DNA from: Leucoraja ocellata
Taxonomy: Eukaryota
DNA: 64,000 nucleotides
Assembly: GCA_036785375.1 (NCBI GenBank)
Contig: JAWMAR010000070.1
Coordinates: 4,650,001-4,714,000 of the forward strand
Reading direction: 5' to 3'
Shown here: in pieces, positions 51,184-64,000 of the stretch
How positions within the stretch are numbered: the first letter of the stretch is position 1
How the letters are laid out: every line of letters starts with the position of its first letter
Program-made: the position numbers and the translations under genes
The notes under the pieces: model-generated
Databases searched by the model: none
What the model was told of the DNA's origin: nothing
The model's input: the letters and a program-made list of their open reading frames with translations, nothing else

Positions 51184-52555
51184 TAGGCTGTGGGCCGAGC
51201 ATCAAAAATGTGTCTAGAAATCGGTTTTCGTGACCCAAGTCACCAAACTACATGAAATTTTCCACAGATTTAGATGAAATATAATTGAGAAGGATGTCAT
51301 AACTCATCATTGCCTAAAGTTGCACATTAATTAATTAAACTAATTAGGAAATGAAATCGGGAAAGTAAGCGCCATCTAGTGGCCAATGCCCACATTACAC
51401 CATGGGCAGCCTATTTCCGTGTTGCAGTCCATTTAAACTATATATTATTATACCAAATTAACATCCACCACAGTGAGTTCACCAGGCACCTCCTCACTGT
51501 GCAAAAGTCTTAAGTCTTTGTCTCAACCCTTCTTATTCTCCCTCTGCGCCGAGGCGATCCAGGCTTCAGATGCTGTGACCCCGCCGGGCGATGGTAAGTA
51601 ATGTCAGTCCCGCGGCTGAATCCGAGCTCCGCGAACGGGCCGGTTCAACTCCGCGGCCCGGAGTGGTCGAAGCTGCGGCTCGGGTAGTCGAAGCTGCCGA
51701 AGCTGCGGCCCTCCAGTCCAGCGGACGCAGCTGTTGTTGCGGAGGCGCCGGAGAACAGGTCACCAACCAGTGACTGTGAGCTCCCGACGATGTCGTCCAC
51801 TGGGCCTGCAGTTGGGTCGGGTCACCGCTGCCTCCGTCGCTGCCCCAACTCCGAGGCCGGGTGGCCGCTGCCACTGCCCCAGCTCCGAGGCCGGGTTGTG
51901 TGCTAGCCTGAATGAATGAGTGAGTGAGTGAGTGAGTGAGTGAGTGAGTGAGTGAGTGAGTGAGTGAGTGAGTGAGTGAATGTACAGCTTCGAAATCTCA
52001 TTTTCTCACATTATAAAAGGGTGCAATTAAATTAATTAAAGTCCATACAGATAGATTTTCATAAATTCAGACTTTAGATCTTACCTTTCAGTTACAGTTG
52101 ATTCACAAAGTTTGACTGCAGCACTTCAGCATCGACTTTGCTTTCAAGACTTTCTTCCTCTTCTATCCTCTTAGCAGCACATTCTTCAGCCTTCTTAATG
52201 CTTTTCTCACTAAATTCAATTACCCTGCTGTAAGTTTCCACGACATGTATTCCACAGAACTAGAAAGAACCTTCATAGGAATCTCCAGTAAAGCAGGCAT
52301 CAGTGAATTCCTCTCAGCCATGTTGTGTGCTAGCCTGAAGCAAAGCGCGTGATTGGCCAACTGGCATACAACTCAATGTTAAACATGCTTTGATTGGACT
52401 AAAAATACCCGAAATTTAATAAAAAATATGCAAGTCTTGTTCATGACGAGTTTCAGGGGTGATTTATATATTTTTACATAATATGTGAAAATTTCATGTA
52501 GTTCTGTGACTTGGGTTTCGAAACGCTGGGAAAAAGCTCCTCGCCCCACAGCCTA
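51184..52555. mobile_element. Non-autonomous TIR DNA transposon, superfamily unresolved
   Basis: Terminal TAGGCTGTGGG(C/G)CGAG inverted repeats plus subterminal inverted ACCCAAGTCAC..AACTACATGAAATTTT; flanked by TAT/TAT (or TA); contains (GAGT)n at about 51917-51978. Confidence 0.75.
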
Positions 52556-52962
52556 TATGAGTTATTATGAAACTTTATGAAACATGTAAGAGCCAAAAAA
52601 CTGCTCAAGGCACTCAATGGGTTAAGCAGAGTCCGCAAGCAGAAATAAATTGCCAACATTTTGGTCTAGACTGCACCAGGATACCTTCTTGCTTCAGATT
52701 CCAGCATCGATAGTTTAGTGTACCTCCATTTATAAAATATGAGTTTGGTCACAATAGGAAGGTTGTGAAATCGTTACAGAGGTACATGAGGGATTTAGAA
52801 AAAGTAACTTAGGAATGAAGGACTTTAGTCTGGTGGATAATTGATCAGCGAACAATTGATCTCCTGAGAACAGAGAAGATTGCAAAGTGATCAGGTGGAG
52901 ATGTTTAAAATCAAGGTAAAATGCAAATTCCAAATGGAAGGCATAGTGGCATAGCGGTAGAG

Positions 52963-53900
52963 TCAAGTCAAGTCAAGCCTATTCGTCACATACACATACG
53001 AGTTGTGCAGTGAAATGAAAAGTGGCAATGCTCGCGGACTTTGTGCAAAAAGACAAACAAACAAACAACCAAACAAGCTACAAACAGAATCACATATTCT
53101 TTTACATATTAAATATTGTGGGCGGAAGGAAAAAGGTTCAGTAAAGTTGTCCCTGGTGAGATAGGAGTTTACAGTCCGAATGGCCTCTGGGAAGAAACTC
53201 CTTCTCAACCTCTCCGTTCTCGCAGCATGGCAACGGAGGCGTTTTGCCTGACCGTAGCAGCTGGAACAGTCCGTTGCAGTGGTGGAAGGGGTCTCCCATG
53301 ATTTTATTGGCTCTGGAGTTGCACCTCCTGATGTATAGTTCCTGCAGGGGGCGAGTGAAGTTCCCTACTCTCTGCAGCGCCTTCTTGTCCTGGGCAGACA
53401 ATTCCCAAACCAGATGGTAATATTTCCGGACAAGATGCTTTCCACAGCCGCTGAGTAGAAGCACTGGAGGATCCTCGGAGACACTCTGAATTTCATCAAT
53501 TGCCTGAGGTGGTAAAGGCGCTGCCTTGCCTTACTCACGAGTACTGCGGCATGTGATGTTCATGTCATATCCTCAGAGATGTGGACTCCCAGATATTTAA
53601 AACAGCTCAACCTATCCACAGTATCCCCATTTATCCTCAATGGTGTGTACGTCCTCGGATGATGTGCCCTCCTAAAGTCAACGATCAACTCCTTAGTTTT
53701 TTTGATGTTCAAGAGGAGGCTGTTGTCCTGACACCAGAGTGCTAGATCAGCCACCTCCTCCCGGCAGGCCTTCTCATCGTTGTCTGAGATCAGGCCCACC
53801 GCCACTGTGTCATCAGCAAACTTGATTATTGAGTTGGAGCTGAACCTAGCCACACAGTCATGTGTGTACAGGGAGTACAATAGAGGGCTGAGGACGCAAC
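52963..53900 (-). mobile_element. Rex1/Babar-like LINE RT fragment inserted into a SINE head
   Basis: LYSLYTHDC..IIKFADDT..WCQDNSLLLNIKKTKELIVDFRR; (CAAGT)n tail; the SINE head is split across both flanks. Confidence 0.8.
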
Positions 53901-54449
53901 CTTACAGCCTTGACAGAGACCCAGGTTTGATCCTGGCAATGGGTGCTGTCTGCACTGAGTTTGTACGTTATCCCTCTGATCACGTGGGTTTCCACCCATA
54001 TTCCAAATACGTGCAGGTTTGTGGGTTTTAATATAACCTCAATGACCATATCTTAATATTGTTAAATAGTTAAGAAGCAGATGCTGGGAAATCGAAGGTA
54101 GACAAAAATGCTGGAGAAACTCAGCGCTCATCTATGGAGCGAAGGAAATAGGCAACGTTTCAGGCCGAAACCCTTCTTCAGTCGAAAGGACGGACAGCTG
54201 CTGGCGAAGCTGCCGGCTCGGGATGCCACCCGATGCTGGTTTAAACTGAAGATAAGACACAAAATGCTGGAGTAACTCAGAGGGACAGGCAGCATCTCTG
54301 GAGAGAAGGAATGGGTGATGTTTCGGGTCAAGACCCTTCGTCAGACTATTTTATATTGCCCCAAAGTATTCAAAATTTATCACCTCATTTCTCTGCAATA
54401 AATGAATCTGTCATATGTCTAGGAAGGAACTGCAGATGCTGGTTTCACT

Positions 54450-54618
54450 TAGACCACAGCTAACAAGGTTTTCACCAAAACCACAGCTGACAATGTTTTT
54501 TTTTTTCACATAGACCACAGCTAACACTGTTTTTATTCATCTCGATTACAGCGAACATTTTTTTTCCATGTAGACCGCAGCTAACACTGGTTTGTTTCAC
54601 CTAGACCACAGCTCACAT
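54450..54618 (+). repeat. Minisatellite, about 6 copies of a ~30-bp unit TAGACCACAGCTAACA-(T-rich)
   Basis: Repeated unit visible directly in the sequence. Confidence 0.8.
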
Positions 54619-55887
54619 TAGCCAGTCTCCTTTATCATCGTTACTTTCCACCATTTCTTTCATTCATTTGTTCTATATCTCTCTATATTACCGCATATAT
54701 CTCTCTTGCTTCCCTTTCCCCTGACTCTCAGTCTGAAGAAGGGTCTCAACCCAAAACGTAATCTATTCCTTTCCTCCAGAGATGCTGTCTGACCCGCTGA
54801 GTTGCTCCAGCTTTTTATGTCTACCTTCCGCCATATGTCTGTCCATCCCGCCAGCAAGTCTATGCACTCCCGAAATTCAACAACATCCTGGATTGCAGTT
54901 CACAATGCTATTTCGTTTTGCATCAGCTCATTTAAAACTTGTGGCTTGCAAATCCAAGTCTAGGTCACTTATATCCTAATTTGAGGAAGGACATCCTTGT
55001 GATTGAGGCAGTGCAGCGTAGGTTCACGAGATTGATCCCTTTGATGGTGGGACTGTCTTATGAGGAAAGATTGAAAAGACTAGGCTTGTATTCATGGGAG
55101 TTTAGAAGGATGAGGGGTAATCATGTAGAAACCTATAAAGTTATAAAAGGACGGGACAAGTTAGATTCAGGAAAAATGTTCCCAATGTTGGGCGAGTCCA
55201 GAACCAGGGGCCAGTCTTAGAATAAAGGGGAGGTCATTTAAGACTGAGGTGAGAAACAACTTTTTTGCCCAGAGTTGTGAATTGATGGAATTCCCTGCCA
55301 CAGAGGGCAGTGGAGGCCAAGTCACTGGATGGATTAAGAGAGAGTTAGGTAGAGCTCTAGGGGCTAGTGGCGTCAAGGGATATGGGGAGAAGGCAGGCAC
55401 GGGTTATTGATAGGAGACTATCAGCCATGATCACAATGATGGAGGTGCTGGCTCGAAGGGTCGAATGGCCTCCTCCTGCACCTATTTTTATGTTTCTATG
55501 TTTCTTTTTCGATTTTTAAAAAGCCAACACCAATCTCACTATTGACCTTCCTCCTGCTCAATAAGCAGCCGATCACCCATATTCCTCTGTAGTAGCGAGT
55601 CTGGGTCCCCTTTACCCTGACTGTTGTATGAAGGGTCTCGACCTAAAACATCACCTATTCCTTTTCTCCAGAGATGCTGTCTGACCCACTGTTACCCCAG
55701 TTTTCAATGTCTTTCCTCTGTAATATGATACTTAACCATCTTCAAGGTTTCCAGGTCAGTTTACTGTCACATGTACCAATTAAGGTACAGTGAAATTTGA
55801 GTTACCATACAGGCAAACTAAGTGAAAAGCAACAAGACTCACAACCATATAAAAGTTAACATCAACATCCATCACAGTGGATTCCAT

Positions 55888-56572
55888 GGTTACACAGAAA
55901 AGCTGGAGAAACTCAGCGGGTGCAGCAGCATCTATGGAGCGAAGGGAATAGGCAACGTTTCGGGCCGAAACCCTTCTTCAGACTGATCGGGGGTGGGGGT
56001 GGGTGGGGACAAGAAAGGGAAAAGGGAGAGTAGCCAGAAGGCTGGAGGGTGGGAGGAGACAGCAGGGCAGCTGAGGAAGGGGAGGAGACAGCAAGGACTA
56101 ACAGAATTGGGAGAAATCGATGTTCATGCCCCCGGGGTGCAGACTCCCCAAACGGAATATGAGGTGCTGTTCAACTCCCCCTCCCACTCCGCCTCCGACC
56201 TCTCTGTCCTGGGTCTCCTCCATGGCCACAGCGAGCAGCACCGGAAATTGGAGGAACAGCACCTCATATTCCGTTTGGGGAGTCTGCACCCCGGGGGCAT
56301 GAACATCGATTTCTCCCAATTCTGTTAGTCCTTGCTGTCTCCTCCCCTTCCTCAGCTCCCCTGCTGTCTCCTCCCACCCTCCAGCCTTCTGGCTACTCTC
56401 CCTTTTCCCTTTCTTGTCCCCACCCACCCCCACCCCCGATCAGTCTGAAGAAGGGTTTCGGCCCGAAACGTTGCCTATTTCCTTCGCTCCATAGATGCTG
56501 CTGCACCCGCTGAGTTTCTCCAGCTTTTCTGTGTAACCTTCGATTCTCCAGCATCTGCAGTTCCCTCTTAAA
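55888..56572. mobile_element. Young fold-back Penelope-like insertion with 284-bp inverted arms
   Basis: Arms 55888-56171 and 56255-56538 (about 2 mismatches), 83-bp spacer, 15-bp duplication CACAGTGGATTCCAT at 55873-55887 and 56573-56587. Confidence 0.9.
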
Positions 56573-57299
56573 CACAGTGGATTCCATATTCCTCACTGTG
56601 ACGGAAGGCAATAAAGTTCAAACTTCTTCCTCTTTGTTCTCCCGTGGTCGGGGCAGACAAACCATCTGCAGTCGGGGCAGTCAAAGTCTCCGCAGCCGGT
56701 GATTGAAGTCCTCGTCGGGGTGATCGAAACTCCCACATCGGGCCAGTTGAAACTTTCTCCACTGCATGGATCTCCCGAGTCCATGGGACTCTTACCAGAG
56801 ATTGCGGGCTTCACAATGTTCAAGTCCACAGGCCCCGCGGTTAGAGCTTCGATCCCCAGCAAAGGGATCGCAAGCTCCGCAATGTTAAAGTCCCGCAGTC
56901 TCCCGCGGCTTGGAGCGCCCGTCCGTCTCCAGGAAAGGCCGCCAACTCCACAATGTTAGGCCGCAGTGGGGACAGTGATACGGTACGGAAACAAACCTCA
57001 TCTCCGTCGAGATAAGAGATTGACAAAAAGTTTCCCCCACATAAAACAAACCAAGAAAGGCTGAAACATACTTTTAACACATACTAAAAACAAAAAGAAG
57101 AAAGGACAGACAGACTGTTGGCGAGGCAGCCACTGCTGGTGGCACCACATGGTGTTCCTATCCATAAATGTTCTTCATGTTCTTCAACTTTACTTTTATT
57201 CCTGATATCTGCTATTATCCTGTTATTAAAACCATCTGGAAGCTCATTTATAATTAACTTCATTACCATCAACTTTATCTGTAATTTTATCGGAAAGGA

Positions 57300-58277
57300 T
57301 CAAAGTTTTGAATATGATTTCCTCTATGCCTGGAAGGTCATGTTTGACTAATCTTCTTGAATTTTTTGAAGAGGTTACTAGGGAAATTGACGAGGGTAAA
57401 GCAATGGATGTTGTCTATATGGACTTTAGTAAGGCCTTTGACAAGGTTCCTCATGGAAGGTTGGCTAAGAAGGTTCAACTGTTGGGTATAAATGCAGGAG
57501 TAGCAAGATGGATTCAACAGTGGCTGAATGGGAGACACCAGAGGGTAACGGTGGATGGCTGTTTGTCGGGTTGGAGGCAGGTGACTAGTGGGGTGCCTCA
57601 GGGATCTCATATAGATAGGGTGGTAAAGAAAGCTTTTGGTATGCTAGCCTTTATAAATCAGAGCATTGAGTATAGAAGCTGGGATGTAATGTTAAAATTG
57701 TACAAGGCATTGGTGAGACCAAATCTGGAGTATGGTGTACAATTTTGGTCGCCCAATTATAGGAAGGATGTCAACAAAATAGAGAGAGTACAGAGGAGAT
57801 TTACTAGAATGTTGCCTGGGTTTCAACAAATAAGTTACAGAGAAAGGTTGAATAAGTTAGGTCTTTATTCTTTGGAGCGCAAAAGGTTAAGGGGGGACTT
57901 GATGGAGGTCTTTAAAATTATGAGAGGGATAGGCAGAGTTGATGTGGACAAGCTTTTCCCTTTGAGAATAGGGAAGATTCAAACAAGAGGACATGACTTC
58001 AGAATTAAGGGACAGAAGTTTAGGGGTAACATGAGGGGGAACTTCTTTACTCAGAGAGTGGTAGCGGTGTGGAATGAGCTACCAGTGGAAGTGGTGGAGG
58101 CAGGTTCGTTGGTATCATTTAAAAATAAATTGTATAGGCATATGGATGAGAAGGGAATGGAGGGTTATGGTATGAGCGCAGGCAGGTGGGACTAAGGGAA
58201 AATAATTGTTCGGCACGGACTTGTAGGGCCGAGATGGCCTGTTTCCGTGTTGTAATTGTTATATGGTTATATGGTTA
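57300..58277 (+). mobile_element. CR1/HER1-like LINE RT fragment with an internal in-frame deletion
   Basis: SCLTNLLEFFEEVT..YMDFSKAFDKVPH..SGVPQGS is joined directly to the C-terminal region, so the catalytic ADD motif is missing; (ATATGGTT)n tail. Confidence 0.88.
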
Positions 58278-61200
58278 AACAAATCTGTGCTGTGATTTCC
58301 CTTAATTAATCGATTTCTTGCCCAGTACTATTAATGCTGTCTAGTTTATTTTAGTTAGTTTATAGATACAGCCCAGTAACAGGCCCTTCGGCCCACCGAG
58401 TCCATGCCGACCTGCGACCCCCGCACATTAACACTATCCTACACATACTAGGGACAATTTACATTTATACCAAGCCAATTAACCTATAAACCTGTATGTC
58501 TTGAAGTGTGAGCGGAAACCGAAGATCTCGGAGAAAACCTACGAACCTTCAAACCTGTACGTCTTTGGAGCGTGGGAGGAACCCTGAGCACCCGGAGAAA
58601 CCCACATAGGTCACAGGGAGAACGTACAAACTCTGAACAGACAGCACCCGTAGTCAGTATCGAACCCAAGTCTCTGGCGCTGTGAGGCAGCAACTGCTGC
58701 GCCACAGTGCCGCCCAAGATCAAAGATCCGTCTACGATCAATATTTCTAAAAGCTGGAATTATTGCAAAATCAAGTCTATTTTCAAATGAAAAACATGAA
58801 TATTGTTTTTAAAATGCCCTTATCAATCATAGTAACAATTAAGCCACAAAGTTGTTATGTAAATCTATCTTTCACTAACATCCTTCAGTAAAAACTAAAT
58901 CATAGGCACAAACAAATCAATGACATTATTGACGTGAAACAGCTGAACAAACTATTAAAGTCAAGTGCAATTCAAAATGGACATCTGCCTTTGCTACAAG
59001 TTGTGAATGAGTCAATAAATGACTGGTATATATTCCGTCATCACTCCACCAACAGTACTTAGTTGGTCATGTACTGGGATTCCCATGTCGGCAGTCCCCA
59101 TGAACAATGAGATTATGGAACTGTTCCAGCTGACATCTCTTCACTACACCAGGAGAGGGAGGAAGATACTAGATTTGCTGTAATCAGCAGCATTTGCACT
59201 GTGATAATAACATTACACAATTTCCTCTCTTTTCAAGCCTGTGAATTTGTGGCTGCTTTCAGAGGGGAAATAATAGATAGTGGAGCCCAGAGGCTGTGGT
59301 GTGAAGGACAGCCCCGGAACCAGGGAACAGCCAGGGCTACACGATGACACAGCGGTAGAGTGGCTGCATTACAGCACCAGAGACCCGGGTTCGATCCTGA
59401 CTGCGGATGCTGTCAGTACAGAGTTTGTACATTCTCCCAGTGACCTATGTGGGTTTCTCTGGGTGCTCAGGGTTCCGCCTACGCTCCAAATACGTACAGG
59501 TTTGTAGGTTAATTGGCTTTGATAAAAATTGTAAATTTCCCCTAGTGTGTATGACAGTGCTAGTGTAGGTAATCGCTGGTGGGCACGGACACGGTGGGCC
59601 GAAGGACCTGTTTCCACGCTGTATCTCTAAACTATAACTGAAGGGCCTGTTTCTGAGCCATGAGGCCATGACTATGTCTCTAAGTATTTCTATTCCCAGG
59701 TGATAGTTTTGAGGCCAGGTAACTTATTGAATTATTTGAACAAAATGCGATATCCTGGACAACATTTACAATACCTTTCCTGTGCCATCATTACGAGAAC
59801 ATTTCTATCTTCTTGAAATATGGAAGATCCTTCCAACAAATGTGATTGTTGATTTCTAAGGCATTTGGTGAAACATGGCACTGTCTTGCAGAACAATAAG
59901 AGCAGTGAATATTTTAATCCTATTCTGGAATCTAGGCCTGCTCGTAAAAAGACAAGTGTAAGTATTTTAACCATAAATGAGTTGGACAATAGACAGTAGA
60001 CAATAGGTGCAGGAGTAGGCCATTCGGCCCTTTGAGCCAGCACCGCCATTCAATGTAATCATGGCTGATCATTCCCAATCAGTACCCCGTTCCTGCCTTC
60101 TTCCCATATCCCCTGACTCCGCTATCTTTAAGAGCTCCATCTAGCTCTCTCTAGCATCACTTCCTATTTTATCCAAAACAGTAAACTAAAAATACTGGTC
60201 TTGCCAAATAAATATTCGGCACGGACTTGAAGGGCCGAGATGGCCTGTTTTCCGTGCTGTAATTGTTATATGGTTATATATGGTTCTCGAGAACATGAGG
60301 GAGGAAGTTCTGAGTTTATGGCTGTTATTTCCTTTAATCCATTTTGTACCACTCTATCTACTTGTGTTACCACTTCCAGTGAGTCATGGATATGGACCAA
60401 AAGATCTCTCTGCTCATCAATGGTGTTAACCTTAACAATTATCAATTGTGACCAACCTTAGCACCATAAAGAAATGCCATTTGAGTCATGGTTGAGGTGT
60501 TAAAATTATATCTTACTTATAAAGCAACTTTAACACAGTGGAACATTTCAAGACTCTGCACAGGTGAGTTCTTAAATAAAATATTGTTCCCACACCACAT
60601 GGGAGGTATTTAGACTGGAGATATTAAGAGGTACACTGTTCAAAAGATTGATGAACAAAATGACTTCTGCCCCACTCACATCATCAGCCTGAAGTCCGGG
60701 GAGATTTTGCAACCAATGGATTTATTAAAGTTCATTTGGAAGTTTGGCTCCAGTGTGACCGAAACTGGGTTGAATAATGATCGTGCAACAACAGAAACAG
60801 GCACTTCCTTGTGGAGCCTTTTGTAAAATAACCAAAGTGACTGAAGTGGAAATAGATGCCTACAGATCTCATCAATATTGTGGGGAAAAAACCTGATCAT
60901 AGTGCAAGCAGGGAATTAGTTTAGTTTAGTTTATCAATTACTTTATTTCCATAGCATCATAGAGTGATACAGCATGAAAACAGGTCCTTCGGCCCAATTT
61001 GCCCACAGTAACATGCTCCGTCTACACTAGTCCCACCTGCCCGCATTTACCCCATAACCCTCTAAACCCATCCTACCCATCTACCTGTCTTATTGTTTCT
61101 TAAACGTTGCCATAGTCCCAGCCTCAACTACCTCCTCAAGTAGCTCGTTCCATGCACCCACCATCATTTGCTTGAAAAGGTGACCCTTCAGATTCCTATT

Positions 61201-62289
61201 AAATCTTTTCCCCTTCATGTTAAACCTATGTCCTCTGGTTCTCTATTCTCCTACTCTTGGCAAGAGACTCTGTGCTTTTACTTTATAATTGTTACGTGAG
61301 CCAAGGTACATGTGACAATAAAACTATACATGATTACAATCAAGCCGTCCAAGTGTAACGTTCAACTTCTCACATATGTCCATGGCACAATCCTGGGTCA
61401 CATTGTTTAGATTAGTTTGGTTTATTGTCATGGGTACCAAGGTGCAGTGAAAAGCATTTCTGTCGCATGTTATCCAGTCAGCGGAAAGACTACATATGAT
61501 TAAAATCAAGCCGTTCACAGTATCAAGGGAATAACGTTTAGTGCAAGATGAAGTCCAGTAAAGTCCAATTAAAGATAGTCCAAAGGTCTCCAATGAGGTG
61601 GATGGAAGGTCAGAACAGCTCCCTAGTTGGTGAGAGGATGGTTCAGTTGGGTGATAACAGCTGGGAAGAAACTGTCCGTGAATCTGTAGGTGCGCGTTTT
61701 CAAACTTCTGCATGTCACTGCTTTGCAGATTTTGAATTCTTATCTGTCCTGGACCTGTTTAGATCATATGCAATCAAGACAAAAGTCAAGTATAATCGGT
61801 AGAGTGAAGGTAAAGTTACAGACTGCAGAATATAGTTCTCAGCATTGAGAAATAATTTAATCACCAGATCCCAAACATCAGTCCTTAAGATTTATCTTTG
61901 CTCAGCCACAGCTTAATATCCAATCCTGAAACTTGCAACAAAGCTAGAATGAGCTTAGAGTAAAATATAAAGACTTCTATCTTCTTCTTCTTCTTGCGTA
62001 TGGCGTGCACAGCCTAAAGTTGTCAGACTACTTGTTCAATTTGATCTTATTTGAATTTGCAAGTCGGGTTGATTGCATTAGTCGAAACAGGGTGGACCAC
62101 GCGAAGGTTGCAATCCCCCACCCAAGGCTTCTATGATTCATTCTGTCACCAGCCCCATGCTATTGCTATAAATATACTTACTGTAACGAATGGTAATTTC
62201 GAAACTCAAGCAGAGCTGTGCAAAGATACAAAATAGGAACAATATCACAAGTTCCACTGGAATCATTATTTGCTTTCAAAACGTACACT

Positions 62290-62329
62290 ATGGACTTTGT
62301 ATTTCTTTATTTCATGATCACCATTTCGG
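62290..62329 (+). CDS. Candidate signal-peptide exon of a fourth gene (MDFVFLYFMITIS)
   Basis: ATG, hydrophobic 13-mer and a consensus phase-1 donor G|GTAAGT in non-repetitive sequence; no downstream exon is visible in the window. Confidence 0.5.
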
Positions 62330-64000
62330 GTAAGTGCCTGCAATTGCTGTTGGCTGCATATCGGTACATGATAATAGATAGATTAGGTTTCAGTGGAATT
62401 AAGGATGATTGGGAGAGGTTGGCTTGCCTAATGATAAGATTGTTCACATCAACAGTGGGGCGACACGGTGGCGCAGCGGTAGAGTTGCTGCCTTACAGCA
62501 CCAGAGATCCGGGTTCAATCCTGACTATGGTTGCGGTCTGTATGGATTTTGTACGTTCTCCTCGTGACTCCAAAGATGTACATATTTATGTCATTTGGCT
62601 TGGTATAATTGTAAATTGTCCGTACTGTGTGTAGGATAGCGCCCGTGTGCTTGATTAGCTGGTCGGCGTGGACTCGGTGGGCTGACGAGCCAGTTTCTGC
62701 GCTGTATCTCTAAACTAAACTAAACTAAGTTTGCTTGTATGGATGTGAAATCATACAGTCTCCATTATCCAACCTCTCTATCTGCAATGTATATTGTTCA
62801 CAGAAGATCAAACATACCCAACTGGATGATCCAATCTGAGTGTCCGACCCCTCTTTGTACTTGTGGGAGGTTGATGCACACAAGTCGGTCCTCTTGCCTC
62901 CTACCTTACGATAGTGACTGCATCAAAAATCTCATGATTGTCTGCAAATTGTTTGGAAATTCTCTGACGATGTTTCAAGTCATCCTTGTTTCCTTCTACT
63001 TTGTGCAGCATCTGTTCGTGATAGATTGCTTTGAATTTTCTTTCCAAATAAATAAAGCCATTTTAAGCATTTTAATTCTGAGCACACTTATCCGTTTTCT
63101 ATGCTTTTTAAATTGATTTCGGATTCACTAACTGGGCTGGATGCCAACCCAAACATGTCGCTTATCCTTCTCCACAGATGCTGCCTAACCCGTTGAGTTA
63201 CTCCAGTGCTTCATGTCCTGTTCTGAGCCATATTGTGTCAGTATAAGGATGGTTAGGTGATTGGGGAAAATACAAGTGCAATATGACATGAAGAATTGTG
63301 AAATTATCTATCTTGACATGAAGCAAGGAAGAGCAGGATATTTTTTAAGAGCTGCCAGCGTGGTTACAATTTGGCATTCCTTGCAATCCCGCTGTCCCGT
63401 TTGTGAAACCGTTTCAATTATGTGAGGAGTTCAGGAAGTGAAAAATAAGTACTTAAAGCAATGTATATATATCTTGGGATGAAGTAAGGACAAAATATTT
63501 TATTCAGCATGAAATTATGATCTGCCAGTTTCACATTTAAACAATCAAATGAAACAGGTGTATCTTCCCGAGAGTAGGTGAATTGTGCACCAGAGGACAT
63601 AGGTTTCAGGTCAAGGGGAAAAGATTTAATCTGAATTTGAGGGGTGACTTTTTAATACATAGGGTGGTGGGTGTATGGAACAAGTTGCCAGAGGAGGTAG
63701 TTGAGGCTGGGACTATCCCAACGTTCCAGAAACATAGTCAGGTGCATGGATAGGACATGTTTGGAGGGATATTGCCAAACATGGGCAGTTGGGATTAGTG
63801 TAACTGGGACATTGGGCCAGTGTAGGCAAGTTGGGCCGAAAGGCCTATTTTCATGCTATCACTCCATGCCTATGTTGGGTGAATTAGAATTTGGTGAGAG
63901 TTAGGACATTGGAAAAGCAGCCAACATAACCAAACACTTGTCTCACCCTAGTCATTCCTTTTTCCTGTTCCCATCCAGCAGAACGTACATAAGCTTGAAA

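Noticed and set aside
54450-54618. CRISPR-like repeat-spacer array
   Set aside because: The apparent spacers are short related T-rich tracts, the context is eukaryotic, and there are no cas genes.
55993-56433. Mirror-image ORFs on opposite strands as a bidirectional gene pair
   Set aside because: They are a by-product of the inverted Penelope duplication.
57308-58195. 295-aa ORF as a functional host or RT gene
   Set aside because: It is a CR1 ORF2 fragment with the catalytic region deleted.
62458-62530. tRNA gene
   Set aside because: It is the tRNA-derived head of an HE1/V-SINE-like element that continues into the SINE core and tail.

Overview
AT-rich, repeat-dense vertebrate DNA, most likely from a skate or ray. 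This rests on HE1/V-SINE-type tRNA SINEs, CR1/HER1-like LINEs and Penelope-like elements. The window holds a tandem + strand cluster of CD300/pIgR/CMRF35-like Ig receptor genes resembling skate modular domain immune-type receptors (MDIRs), reconstructed by hand from splice sites and exon phases. Gene A (1348/1369-10433) is leader-V-stalk-TM with an Arg and a very short tail, i.e. activating type. Gene B (14346/14367-24274) has a near-identical leader, V and stalk but a neutral TM and a tail with four ITIM/ITSM-type motifs, i.e. inhibitory type. Gene C (29695/29716-40491) is leader-V-C2-stalk plus the same Arg-TM and tail as gene A. A possible fourth leader exon lies at 62290. Gene A is a mosaic whose 5' half copies gene B and whose 3' half copies gene C, with the junction at about 9181. 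The A and B V exons differ almost only at amino-acid-changing sites while the adjacent intron is nearly identical. Other structure: an A-L1-A-L1-A array that triplicates an orphan copy of the receptor promoter, many Penelope-derived repeats carrying a hammerhead ribozyme core, two fold-back Penelope insertions with target-site duplications, a TIR transposon and a 228-N assembly gap. All counts and alignments were done by eye.
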